64,000 bases of DNA, taken from Blasia pusilla (lineage: Eukaryota). This document shows, piece by piece, positions 26,501 to 39,354 of this stretch (position 1 is its first letter; the number at the start of each line of letters is the position of its first letter). Made by a program: the position numbers and the translations under genes. The stretch spans positions 44,330,001-44,394,000 of the forward strand of contig CM114271.1 of assembly GCA_050084515.1 (NCBI GenBank). The letters run 5' to 3'. Under the pieces are notes generated by a model. It worked only from the letters and a program-made list of their open reading frames with translations. It was not told the DNA's origin and ran no database searches.

Positions 26501-28700
26501 ACGGTTTATCTCTATCTCACACACATACTCTCCAACATACTTGGTGATTTTCCTCCCATCAAATCTCCCCAACTTCTTTACATTCACTTGGAGAATCCTT
26601 GTTGATCTTTGCTCTTCGATGTGAACTCCACCTTGTTGGCTCAACAATTTTGTGAAGTTCATAGAAGATCCTCAGCTCCCTCAGTTCCCATTGATGAAGC
26701 ACCATCCAAAGAAGTCATTTTGATGAAACCTCTAATAACCCACTCTTGTGAGAATTTTGTATTTTGGATGGTTTTTATACAGAAATAGGTAAAAGTCTTT
26801 AGGAAGGGAGACTGAAGATTGAAGATTTCGTAGAAGATTGTAAATATGAATAGAGGAAGTAGGATTAGTGGTTAGAAATCTAGATTAGAATAGGAGGATC
26901 AATCAGAGTTATAAAAGACTATTTAAAGAATGAATAATAAGAAGTTCCCTTGTGTCGTGAATTCTCCAATACTATTGATTAGAGTCATTCTTTTATGTGG
27001 GAAGTTTTCCCAATAGTCTTGATGAATTGGGTAAGGAGTTTTTTGGGGATGATCCGAGCCAAAGAGTCTTTTGCGCTCTGAAGCTTGTAATACTTTCTAG
27101 TCTTTCCACTCTTTGATGTAGAAGAAGAGTCTTATCTCATGCTTTCTGATGTGCGGAACTGAATGTGGATCTTATTAGGCTACAGTAGAGATGAGTGTTG
27201 AGTCTTATAATTTTGAAATTTCAGAAGATAATCAAGAAGAAGCATAGGAAAGTTGTTAGACAGTGAGTAACCTGCCTTAACACATTTAGTTCTGAAAGTA
27301 GGATGAGCCGTCATTGTTGAGGTCTCTTTGAGGTCTTCGTGGAGCTTTGTTATTCAAGATTCGCAACAGTCTTTGTGTGCACTTGAGAAGAGTCTTTGCC
27401 AAGAGGGAAGAAAATCCTTCTATTCTTTTGTACCTGTAAGACAATGTTATCATAGTTAGTGAAGTATTTTAGTAAAGAAGGAGTTATTCTTGTTATTTAT
27501 TATAAAACCTCTCTTTACTCAGAAAACAGTGGTCTCTTGGGAACGAACTTAGTACTTTGCGATAGAAAGAGTCATTTTTTCCTAAAAGTTATACATTATA
27601 AAACCTCAACTTGTAAAACATAATCCATCGCCTTAAAGAGCTCTTAATGGAAGCACTATTTATCGTGTCGAGAGCTTTCTTCGAGTAATGGCGGACCTTC
27701 TAGTTGCGGCAAATGTGGTTGATGCAAGATGAACTCTATAAGAAGTTTCCCTTTTTTTAATACAGAATTATTCTATAAACCCTCTATTCTCTCACGGTAG
27801 GAATCACGAATGGTAGTTGAATGCCTCCCCAAAGTGGTAAACTAGATAGCGAGTAAACTAGTGTCTATCTACGAAGAGAATCTTCATGTGGTACGGGTTA
27901 AGAAAAGGAAAATTAGGTAGGACTCGTGCTCCACCCCTATCCATACTTGACAGACATCCTCTACTCTCCTCAACAATGGATTTTGGCAGGGTTGCTCTCC
28001 CAAGAGGGGTAATCCACTCTCATTGGGAAACTAACAAGCCAAAACCATCCACTATTTCTAGTATAACTAAACTCCCTTAAGATGACAAGTCTCTCATCTT
28101 CACACATACTACACTTGAGAAACCTCTCAAAGAATAGACCATGGTCAAGTTACTCTCATAGAAGGGGTAATCCACTCTCATTGGAAGAACAAGCAAGCCC
28201 AATGTCATCCACTTAAGAGTGACACGAGAACTCAAGAAATAAAGTAGAAAATGATAAACTCTTGAATATCCCTCCTCTTTATATACTCATAAGGGATCCA
28301 CAAGAATACAAAATAGGGCTAATCTTATCTTGTGCCACATGGCTTCCTCTCAAGACTTAGCCAATCACATTTTGACATAAGTAGATTATCTCTTATCTCT
28401 TCTAAAATATCCTCTTTCACTCACTTAATATCTTCCAAACTACCCCAACTTCCCTAACCACCAATCAATACTACTTTTTTTTCTATCATTAATGCACCGA
28501 GCCCACTATTTTACTTTTATAATCTCATATCTCATTTATAACATATTTTTCTTAAGTTGGGTCCCATAAAAGAGACACCATAAAGAGGTTTAAACATGAA
28601 AAAATTATTTTCCTAAGCTAATTTACTTAATACTAATAAAACTCTCTCTAATACTTAATGAGAGAAGAGTTTACATAGTGGGTGATTTTACTTTACGATG
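23548..28700 (-). mobile_element. Deleted, degenerate Ty3/Gypsy element, family B (gag-PR-RT remnants)
   Basis: Minus-strand fragments: gag LGRFDGRKITKY, knuckle-like CIWCDSVEH, protease ALVDDGSKINIM, RT GDLHSRYDQFQLA...TPLGLVRMCTLPQGATNSVA. 5' LTR at 27661-28700, truncated 3' LTR at 23548-~23900, flanking duplication tcgg. RNase H and integrase are missing. Confidence 0.8.
26731..27600. mobile_element. Solo LTR related to family C, inserted in the leader of the family-B element
   Basis: TSD AAACC (26726-26730 / 27601-27605). Termini are decayed versions of the family-C ends. The internal block gacagtgagtaacctgcc...ttctgaaagtagga matches ~16605-16685. Confidence 0.7.
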
Positions 28701-29301
28701 TCGGGCCCCTCTCTTGGCCCTCGATCTGACTCCTTGTACATTCAATTTTGGCCCTTATCCTAGCCTCTACGTAAGCATTTTCCAAGATCTTTGGTGCGTT
28801 GGAACGGGCTCTGCATAAGCTTTCTAAAGCTACCTTATTTGTCCAAAACGCATCTTGGGACTAAAATTTATGTTCGAAAGTACAGTAAAAAACTCCAAAC
28901 ATTAGCCGCGTCCCATGTCTAGTTCTCACCCCTTGGCCACGTTTCCTTCCGAGACTCGACTTCTCTTTAGTCTGGGTTCCCCATTTTGCTTTTGGTTTCC
29001 TTAGTTGCGACCATAAACGTATGAAACACATAAAATGCTCGCCTTACTTTTGTCTCGTACTTGTATTTTCCTAACTCCAAAATGCAAAATATCCAAGCAT
29101 AAGCCTGCTAGAGTTTGAATGTTCCGCTTGGCGCTTATTTGGTTACGAGGGTCGTGAAAAAGATGAGAGGAGTTTATATAGTGGATGATTTTACTTTATG
29201 ACACGACCATCTCCAAAAGGTTTTTTCATCAATGGTCTAGATGGAACCGATTTTTTTTTATATAATCTTATCCTTGCAAGTGAAAGGAGTGCAAGAGGTT
29301 T

Positions 29302-32300
29302 TCTTGCAACCCTCATAACCAAAAGAGCCCCAAGCGGAACATTCGAACTCTAGCGGGCTCACACTAGGATGGTTTGCGCATTGGAGTGGTTTGTTGGAAA
29401 AGACGCAAGAGACACAAGATAAGACACGGAAAGAAGGTTGAGTTGGGCATTTCATGCATTTATGATCGCGACTAGGAAATCTAGACTAAACCTTTATCAA
29501 GACTTGAAAGGAGTCGAGTCCAAGAAGGTTGGGTGCCAAAGAGATGAGAACTAGATTTGGAACGTAACTAGTGTTTGGGATTTTGATTGTATTTTGGATC
29601 ATTACTTCTAGTCCCAAGATGTGTTATGGAAAAATAATTTGGGGTTGCAAAGCTTGTACAAAGCTAATTTCAATGCACCAAAGATCTAAGCAAACGCACG
29701 AGCAAAGGCTGAAATATTGGTAAAAAACGACTATATAGGGAGTCCGGTTGAGGGCCAAAAAGAGGGGCCCGAGTATTCATTCGCCAAAGGTAGGGGAAGG
29801 GCAGGGATATCCAGAAAAACTAGTAAGGGGTAGGTCTCCAAGAGTGCTTGGGACTCAAACCCCACTTTGGGGCGCCGCGGGGTGATCCAAGGGCACATAA
29901 TGGATTGGGGGTTTTGGCGTTGGGATTCGAAACTTGAACCATGTCCAATAGAGTGGATTTTGGAGGGCCCTATTGGATTCCAACCCAAAACTCAATAGTT
30001 TGGTCTTTGTGTGGGGGCTCATGTGAGGTCCATTGGACAGTTGAGAATGCTAGGCGTGCAAACACCGTTTTAGGTATGTGGACTAACGAGAAAGTTTGTC
30101 CCAAGTCTCGGAAGAATTTCCCGAGTTGGGAGGCTAGGAATTAGGGAAGGTTGAGCTTGATGAGGTGTTGAGTTGAGAACTCGATGGATTGGAAGGCCAA
30201 TTGACCTAGAAGAGACTAACGTGAATGTGCTTGGGTGCAAATCGGCGATGAGAGTATGTCTTATTGAACGTTTGCTTTTGCAACACTAAAGATTGACGTT
30301 TGAGAGGAGTAGATGCACAACACATGGTATCAAAGTTAATTTTTGGTGAGTAAGAACTTGGGGTCGTAGGAGAAACTCAACGTTTGGGAAGTCAAGATAG
30401 CAACGAGACCTAAACGCTCGAGAAGAAATAAGGATTTGAAGAGGTGAGTGCTTGAAGATGGCAACCGAGGGTGAGAAACCAAGGAAGCGCCGAGTCAAGC
30501 GACAGAATCCAAGAGACGAACTGATGTCAAACCAAGAGCCAGAGGAGGATATGTTGACTATTGAGGTGCCGAGATTGAGTCATGAGGATGTCCTGGATGC
30601 AAATCCTTCCGATGGACCTTCGACTCCAAACTCAAGTGAATCGGCCCTCTATGTCCAAATGATGGACTTGATGAATGAGCAGATGTACCAATAGAGGAAG
30701 CATATCGTTGAGCTCGAGTCGGAAAAAGCTTCTAGCTTGGGCAAGAAGCTTTGTAAGATAGATTGGTCAATGCCATTTATGAGAATGGGGCGGTCTTGGA
30801 AAGTGAGCGAGTTCATTAGAGAGTTAGAACTTTACTTTGAGGCATAGAAGGCAGGAGAGCAAAACAAGCTGATCGTGGCGGTCACGTTCCTAAAGAATCA
30901 TGCACTCCAATGGTTGATGGCTCATTGCAAAGAACATCTATTCCGTGGAAAATCTCTGAGTTGGGAGGAGTTCAAGGTGTTGATATGCGACCGATTCACT
31001 TCGGAGTATCAGGAGTTTTGTGATGGCATGGGGTTTGTACGATTGCGGTAGAGTGGGCCCCTTAGTGCTTATGTGCGGGAGTTCAGTGCAAAAATGAATT
31101 GGCTTCCAAAGAGTTTGCAAAGAAGGTGATCTTATTCAGTGGACTTAATCTTGGCGCAAAAAAAGGCCCTCTTCTGGATTCCAGAGCTACCAAAGACCTG
31201 CACATAACTTTTGAAGCTGGAGGAGCGGATAGAGACGATGAGGTCCAAGTCTAAAGATCCTTTGAGCAAAAAGTTTTTTCTAAGTTACCAAAAAAAGAAG
31301 GGGGCATTCAAGAGGATCTAGAGTGGGGGTCAGCTTGACCAAGGAGAGTCTCTTACCCCAACAACAAAACGAGTGGAACTCCACGCGAAGCCAAAGGGAG
31401 AGCAATATCCAAAGTCGGGTAACGACAAGGTGATATACTACAATTGTGGCAAATTTAGGCATATGGCAAAAGGATTCTCAAAGCCAAAGGTTGGTAATGG
31501 GAGTATGATTGTGTTTGCTGCTAAGCACTTATCGGCGGGAGGTTTAGAGATATCCCTTCAAGTCACCAAGACCATGCCTAGTTTGGTGTACCTAAAATGC
31601 AAGATTGGTGATCGTGATGTGATGTTGCTAATCAATAGAGGTGCGTTGGGTTTGTCAATCTCTAAGGCGGACGAGCCCATTTGAGTAGGCTTTGCTAGAG
31701 GCAAGTCTCATCGGACTTCAGAGTTAGTCTTGGGACTAATCTTTGGATGCAGAGTATTCAAGTTGAAGGAGAATTTCACTATGTGGGAGATGGGTGGCAT
31801 TGACTTAGTCTTGGGGAACACATTTTTGGATGCGTATGAGGTGGAGCTGAGGCAAAGACCATTGAGGCTGAGTGTCTTAGTGAAAGGCAAGCGGTTGCAA
31901 ATGAGGTTGGTTCAATTTATGAGGTTTTTGTGAAAAAAGGAGTTGGTGAACGCCATTACAAGGAGGAGTTTGACCGAGCGAGAAGAAGGGTTTCTCTCCT
32001 TGATGAGATAAGTGGAGGAGACTACAAGTGAGAGACGCGGAGATTAGGACTCAGATTGGAGGGGAATCCCATATTTGCTCTAGAGAGTACTTAGAGTTGT
32101 AAAGGTATTTGGTGATGTCTTGACGAATGAGCTTCCGAATGAATTGCCACCACATAGTGCAGTCAATCATAAAATAAAGGTCATCCCAGGGTCTCAACCA
32201 CCTTCAAAGGCCCCATACAGAATCAAGAGGAACATGGTGAGTTAAAAAGCAATCAAGTGAGCTCTTAGAGAAGGGCTACATTAGAACTAGCAAGTCTCTG

Positions 32301-35300
32301 TATGGAGCGCCCGTTCTCTTTGTGAAGAAGAAGGATGATAAGATGAGACTCTGTATTGATTACCTTGCATTGAATAAAGTGGAGGTGAGGAACAACTAGC
32401 CTCTTTCAAGGATCGATGATCTCTTCAACAAACTATCAGAGGCAAAATACTTCACTAAGATTGATTTGAAGTCAGGATATTACCAGTTTTGGATTGCCAA
32501 AGCGGATGTGGAGAAGATTGCGTGTAGGACGAGATATGGCTCGTTTGAGTTTGTAGTGATGCTCTTCGGTCCATGTTATGCGCCTCCAACGTTCACCACA
32601 TTGATGAACTCCATTTTTCACGAGGAGATGAATGAGTATGTGATCATCTACATTGATGACATATTGATATTTCCAAAGTCACTAGAGGAGCAGACTCGGC
32701 ATCTGAGAGCGATGTTGTCAAAACTAAGGGCAAACAAGCTATATGTGAATGTGGAAAAGAGTGAGTTCGGCTTGCGCTATATCAAATTCTTGGTTCATAT
32801 GGTTAGCGCAAATGGAGTTAGTCTAGATATGGATAAGGTGAGAGCAATTGACGAATGGAAACTCCCTTATATAGTGAAGGGAATGAGGAGGTTCAATGGA
32901 GTGGTGCAATTTTAGCGGACTTACGTGAGGAACTTTTCGAGAATTGTGAGACCTCTCACTGATTGGACCGCAAAGTTTGCTAGCACAACCTAGACCCAAG
33001 AAATGAATGAGGCATTCAACCGAGTCAAGGAGATCCCGTCACATGAGCCACTGCTAAAGTTGTCGGAGTTTGAAAAACCGTTCAAGGTGCATGCTAATAC
33101 TTGTGATTTTGCAATTGTAGGAATGTTGGTGTATGAAGGAAGATCTGTAGCGTACGAGAGCAAGAAGCTTAGCAACATCGAATGCATGTGGCCCACTCAT
33201 GAGAAAGAGTTGTTTGTGGTGGTTCAGTGCTTGAAGAAGTGGCGTCACTATTTGGGACTCCACAAGACTCGAATATTCACCGATAATATATCACACCAGT
33301 ATTTTGAGACCAAGGATTGAGTGACACCGAAACAACTACGATGGCATGATACCTTGGCATTGATGAATATGGAACTACTCCACAAGCCTAAGAAGGATAA
33401 TGTCATTCCAAATGCATTGAGACGTAGGGATGAGCACATATCATCGACAACGTAAGTCTTGAGAGCAATGTTCCATAAGAAAACAGACCTGGAAAGAAGG
33501 ATTTGTGAAGGATACATGAAAAAAACCCAAGCAAGCGAGTTCCTAAGGAAGTTGAAGTAGGGTGAGAAGGTGGCTAACATAAGTTTGAGGCATGGTTAGC
33601 TAAGGTTTAAGTAGAGCAGGATCTATGTGGGCGAAGGCAAGCTGCGGACCAAGGTGTTAGAAAAATGTCATGACACACCCTTGGCAAGATATAAAGAGGA
33701 GAAATCCACGCTCGTTGTTTTGACTAAGAGGTTCTTCTGGCCCAACATGAAAGATGATGTTGCTCAATATGTGAAGACCTATGTGACATGCCAAGCGAAC
33801 ATGGTTTCATATGAAAAGAAACAAGGCTTGCTCCACCCTTTGCCGATTCCAAAAGGATCCTTTCAAAGTGTGAGTATGGACCTCATTATGAGTCTTTAGG
33901 GTTTTGAGGGATACAATGTTATACTTATGGTAGTTGATTGGTTCAGCAAGTTGGGGAGATTCATGACGACAGTGGTTTCCGCAATGGCCTATACGACTTC
34001 TCAACTGTACTTGGATAGTTGGTGGTAGGCTTATATGTTGCCCAAAAGTATTGTTTCAAATCGAGATCCAAAGTTTACTGGTGCATTTTGGAGGAAATTA
34101 TTTTGAAGGTTTAGGACCAAGTTGAGGTTTAGTTCCGCCTTCCATGCCCATACAGATGGACAGACGGAAAAGGAAAACTCGATAGTGAATGAGTATTTAA
34201 GGAATTTCATGAGTGCAGATTAGCGAGACTGGGCAAAGTGGCTAAGTATGGCAAAGTATTGCTACAACTCTACCAAGCATTCTGCAACTAGAGAACCTTT
34301 GTTTCTTTTGGATTATGGACGTGAGCCAGAAGAGCCTCTTGACATGGCCCCTTTGAAGGGCACTACGTCGACACAAACCCGACAAGCAACGACAAAAGGT
34401 TTGTTGATGGAGATGCGAGAACAAGAGGAGCAAGCAAGAGGAAGTCTTGCCAAGGCTCAACTAAGGTATGTTAAACATACTAACAAAAGCCGGTGCCAAA
34501 TGAGATTCCAAGTAGGGGAGCAAGTGTGGTTGAGTGTGAAGAATCTCACTCTTCCGAAGGAGTTTTCCGCGAAGCTATCTGCCAAGTATGTTGGACCGTA
34601 TGTGATAAGGCAAACCCATTTGAGGATGTATATACATTGGAGCTGCAAGAAGAGTTCAAGATTCATACAAATTTCCATATGTTATAATTGAAGAAGTGTC
34701 TTCAAGATAATGTGCGTCCCGAGCAGGGACAAATGTTGAGACCACAACCGGTAATTGTTAATGAAGAATCGGAGTTTGAGGTGGAGACCATGGTGCGTTT
34801 GAGGCACAGGGCCAACAAGTACGAGTACTTGGTCATTTGGAAGGGCTCCTATGTGAAAGAGTCGACTTGGATTGCGGAGGCATATCTGGAACACACACAA
34901 GAGATGTTTGAAGACTTCAAACAGATGTAGGAAAATTCCGCACTTCCTCTTGCTTGGTCTTGTCTTCCTCTTGCTTGCCCTTGGCTTCCTCTTTCTTGCT
35001 CTTGTCATATCTCTAGCCTCCCCATGTACTAACGCATGTACATGGGTTGGCTTTCCAAAAATACTTGAAATTAGAAGGTTTGCATTGATGAGGGCATAAA
35101 TCCCTAAAGAGGAGTGAGTTTTGCAACCCTTATAACCAAACAAATACCAAGGGGAACATCGAAACTCTAGCGAGCTCACACTAGGATGGTTTGGGCATTG
35201 GAGGGGTCTCTTGGAAGAGACGTAAGAGACATGAGAGAGAACTCGCAAAAAAGGTTGAGAATTTCATGCGTTTATGGTTGTGATTAGGAAACTTAGACCA

Positions 35301-36328
35301 AACGTGAACCAAGACTTGAGAGGAGTTGAATCTAGGAAGGTTGGTTGTCAAAGAGGTGTTAACCAGATTTGGAACATGAATAGCGTTTGGGATTTTAACC
35401 ATATTTTGGACCATAACTTCTAGTACCAAGTTAATTTTGGACAAAAAAGCCGGCGTTGGAAAGATTATGAAAATTCTATTCCAACGCTCCAAAGATCTAA
35501 GCAAACTCACAAGTAAAGCCTAAGATATTGGTAAAAAATGATTGTATGGGGAGTCTGGTTGAGGGCCAAAAAGAGGGGCCCGAGTGTCCCTTCTCCAAAG
35601 GTAGGGGGAGGGCAGGGATTTCCATAAGTACTAGTAAGGGGAAGGTCTCCAAGAGTGCTTAGGACTGGAACCCCACTTTGGGGCACCGCGAGTTGACAAA
35701 GGGACAAAATGGATAAGAGGTTTTGGCATTGGGATTGGAAACCTGAACCGAGTCCAATAGAGTGGATTTTGCAGGGCCCTATTGGATTCCAACCCACAAC
35801 TCATTTAATTTGGTCTCGGTTTGGAGCTCATGCGAGGTCTATTGGACAATTGGGACCACTAGGCACACAAATATTGTTTAGGCAAGCTTGCACGGAAACG
35901 GACCTGCCCGGCTTGCACATGAGCCCGCCCGAAGCCTTCCGCGTAGACGTGTGCTGACGGAGCCCACACCGGTTATGTGGGAAGCTAGGGCTAGCGGCAA
36001 GCCTCCAACCAGGCCCAAAGGGTGGGGTTGTCCTAATTGGGCGGGCTTAGGCCTAAGCAAGGCCTGCATGGCAGATCGGGGCCCGCTTTGGGCCCGGAAA
36101 GTCTGTACCAAGTCTTAGAAGACTTGCCAGTCTTGAGAGGCTAGGAATTAGGGAAGGTTGACCTTGATGAGGTGCCGAGATGAGAACTCGGTGGTTGGAA
36201 GGCCGATTGACCCATAAGAGACTAACGTGAGTATGCTTGGATGCAGATCGGTGATGAGAGGGTGTCCTACTGAACGTACGCTTCCGCAACACTAAAGATT
36301 GACGTTCGAGAGGAGCAGGCGCACGACA
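29302..36328 (+). mobile_element. Ty3/Gypsy chromovirus LTR retrotransposon, family A (structurally complete, coding region degenerate)
   Basis: 5' LTR 29302-30322. PBS TGGTATCAAAG (tRNA-iMet type) at 30325. Gag with knuckle remnant YNCGKFRHMAK, protease, RT (KSGYYQ, YIDDILI), RNase H (FKVHANTCDFAI, HEKEL), integrase (CHDTP..CQANM, SVSMD, TDGQTE) and chromodomain EFEVETMV...YEYLVIWKGS...TW at ~34760-34930. PPT 35106-35118; 3' LTR 35119-36328. Confidence 0.93.
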
Positions 36329-38063
36329 CATTTTTTTAATCGATGGTCCACGTGGAATCGGAATTTATTTTTTATATGATCTTCTCCTTGCAAGCATAAG
36401 GTATGTAAGAGGTATAGCTTTGGATTAGCATCATCTGGTATAGTTGCCCTATTGTTAGACGGAGGACGTACTGCACATTTGCGCGTCAATATCTCCATTA
36501 ATTTTCATGAAAGCTCTACTTGCAAGTAAGTGCCATTAGTTACTCTAATTATTTTCAATTCTCTTAATACATCAACAAAATTTAACTGCTCCAATTATTA
36601 AAACTTATAATTTTCTTCCCTTTTTGTAGTTTACGAGTTGATAGTGATGGACCAAGCTTAATTTGTGATACAATGCTCATTATATGGGACAAAGCACTTA
36701 TGGCTCATCTTCATGCCTTCGAGGTCGTGAATCAAAATTTACAAGATATTATGGAAGTTGTTTCTGATGATACACAATAATTTCCATTCAGTGGAAAACT
36801 TCTGGTATTTTGTGCTCTGGTGATTTTTGTTAAGTGTTGCATATTGTTCGTATGAGGATCGGTCGCAAATCATCCAAGTCATAATAAAGAGGTCATCTCT
36901 TTGATCTAATATACGAGTCACGAAATTGAAAATAAACATGTGAGTTCAAAGGTTGGAAGGTCATTTGCGTGATGAACAACAAGCTTTTGCTGATTGGTTA
37001 TTTGAAGTGGTAGAGGTTCGTGTACCTTTGCACCTTCATTTGGGAGAAGACTTAAGATAATTACCATCTGAAATTGTTACTAATAGTAACAATATATGTG
37101 ATCTTATTGATTTGATCTATGGAAGTTTTCCTAGCCGATTCCATAATATTGATTTCTTAAGAGCTACGACTATCTTGACTCTAAGAAATAAAGATGTTGA
37201 TGATGTAAATGCGGAGGTTATGTCTCAATTTCCTAGAGAGATAATCCTTTTTACTTTTACCAATTTATTTTCTTATGGGAACTATGTTTTTGGGAAGTTT
37301 TGATACTAATATTACTTTGTCTCACTAATTCATTACATATTGTGTACAAGAGCACGTTTATCTCAATGTCCACTCTATTCCCAATGAGGGGATGAGTTAT
37401 ATCTACCCAACTCAATTTTTGAACATATGCTTGCTTTATGGACTTCCTCTGCATTTTTTGTGTTAGAAGATTGGAGCTCCAATCATGCTCTTACGAAACA
37501 TGAATGGATCACATGGACAAGAAAGCGGAACAAGATTGGCGATTCATGGATTTACCTGACATTGGATAGATGCTGAAAGTATCATTGGGAATAATACTGG
37601 AGATTGAGTCTTTATTCCACGTATTCCATTGCTTGCATTAGATTCTGGTTAGCCATTTGATTTACGTAGGTTTCAATTCTCTATTATGTAGGCTTTTGCT
37701 ATGACTATTAATAAGTCTCAATGTCAAACTTTGCAAAAGGTTGGCATTTACTTACTCACTCCTATATTTTCTAATGGTCAATTATATGTAGCATTATTTA
37801 AAGTAGGGAAAAGAAGTTCTTGAAGAAGTTCAATCCACGTTACCATTGAAAATGATGAACGTTCAAATAAGGTGATTACACACGAAATTTATATTATTAT
37901 TGGAGAGTGCCTTCTTGATTTGCAAATAACTATTTGCTTGACATGTGGCAATTGGGCACCAAAAAAATATTTCTCCTTCAACGGGCAACAAGAAAAGATT
38001 TTGGGTGCAGCATGATCAGTCCTTTCACTCTCATGCACGCCATGGGCTGCCCAGTAGTATTTA

Positions 38064-38250
38064 TCTATATAATGTAAAGAGGATGGGGTTTGGGGTGGTG
38101 ATACTTGTTCATTTTGGTCTCCTCTAATATTGACACGTGTAACACAAGAACTAAATTAACATAACAGAATAATTAATTCTAAATTAATGAATGAGATGCC
38201 CGTTCTTCACGGGTGATTTTCACCCATTCAAAGCTCGGGCATTATGCTAG
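38064..38250 (+). mobile_element. Mini non-autonomous Helitron
   Basis: a|TCtatataat start, subterminal gcccg...cgggc stem, CTAG|t end. Confidence 0.6.
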
Positions 38251-39354
38251 TAGTATATAAGCAGTTAGTGTTCATGACGGACCCTGCCATGCACAGTCCT
38301 CCGATGCATATACGCCCCCCTCTTATGAATACGCCTTATGAATGTGCATATACACCCCTCTCTTGTGAATACGCCCTGAGCCTTACCCTGTATTGAAACG
38401 CTTCCTCTGTGGTACGGTATTAGGAACACGTGTCGTGTTCCGGATGTGTCGCCATATCATAGTCATAGAGTAGACCCCTCCAAAAATTATAGTATAGATG
38501 AAACATTGAGATGAAATAAAATTTGAAACATTAGCACCTTCCTTTTTAAATACCTTCCTACTTACTAATAAAAATCATTGTATGGTCGATTTTCGGGAGC
38601 CCGCATTTTCGCTGCGTCACTTTTCTCATCCGCTATGAAGTCTGGACCACCGAAAAGCGGGGAACCAAAAGCGGTCCTCAATGAGATGTTTCCTTGCAAA
38701 TTCATCCGAAGACAGCGGTGTGCAGGGACTGACTCACCTACGTAGTATGTGATTCGCTTTTCGTGGGTAAGAGAGCCCGAGAACTCATGGAAGCGTCTAA
38801 CTGGTCATTTCACTGACTGATACTCTTGCCCATTTCACTGTTCGATTAAAGCGGCAGAAACCAAGGGTCCTACTCACTTCTTGTACAACTGATTAGTTGT
38901 GTCCGTGACGGTATATGCACACGACCGTGCAATGCACGGTCTTGCATATATTGCAAGACCGTTAGCTTGAACGCCGGCTGGGAAATAAGGGGGATTATCA
39001 AAAATAAGTGTCCAGCGGGGTTCGAATCACCCCCTTATCCATTAGCCTAACAACATTTCACAATGACACGCATGGGTTTTTTTTATTCGTGGAAATTAAT
39101 GTTTTGATTACTTGTCCGGGTCTTTTGCCATTGAAGGTAAGGATCTCACAATAAATGCAAGATTGCATCAATTTAAGTCCTTCGCCTAGTGCCCCCTTCC
39201 TGAAATGTATATGCCCCCGTCTCGAAATGTAAACTCATCGTGCCCCGTGCATATATGTCACTTCCTGAAATACGCACCAAGTTTATAATGACACGTGTCA
39301 AGCTCTGCAAATGTCGCCATGTCGTAACCACTCCGCAAATTACAGTAGTGCAAA

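Larger units (their letters stand above)
22998..29159 (-). mobile_element. Family-A solo LTR on the minus strand, split in two (22998-23547 and 28701-29159)
   Basis: Reverse complement of the family-A LTR. The halves rejoin at gggcactcgg|gcccctct. Near-TSD aaaat/aagat. Confidence 0.85.
21767..29210 (-). mobile_element. Family-B LTR (pieces 21767-22997 and ~29160-29210) interrupted by a family-A LTR
   Basis: Homologous to 27661-28700 (tgtcgagag...gagtaa..gaccttctagttgcggt...; end gattttactttatgacacgac). Possible TSD ctccaa (21761-21766 / 29211-29216). Orientation inferred from the related element at 23548-28700. Confidence 0.7.
21552..37830 (+). pseudogene. Canonical Helitron PIF1-like helicase relic split by nested LTR insertions (pieces ~21552-21766, ~29211-29301, ~36329-37830)
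   Basis: Piece 1 reads GKTLSDFPNMP...LNEGQHIIYDVI. Piece 2 reads GFFINGLDGT..FLYNLILAS. Piece 3 reads [72 protein letters not shown] and GQLYVAL. Decayed 3' hairpin and end at ~38030-38057. Confidence 0.85.

Noticed and set aside
39005-39080. tRNA/SINE-like motif ggggttcgaatcacccc
   Set aside because: Only a T-loop/B-box-like stem. No acceptor stem, D-arm or A-box could be built on either strand.
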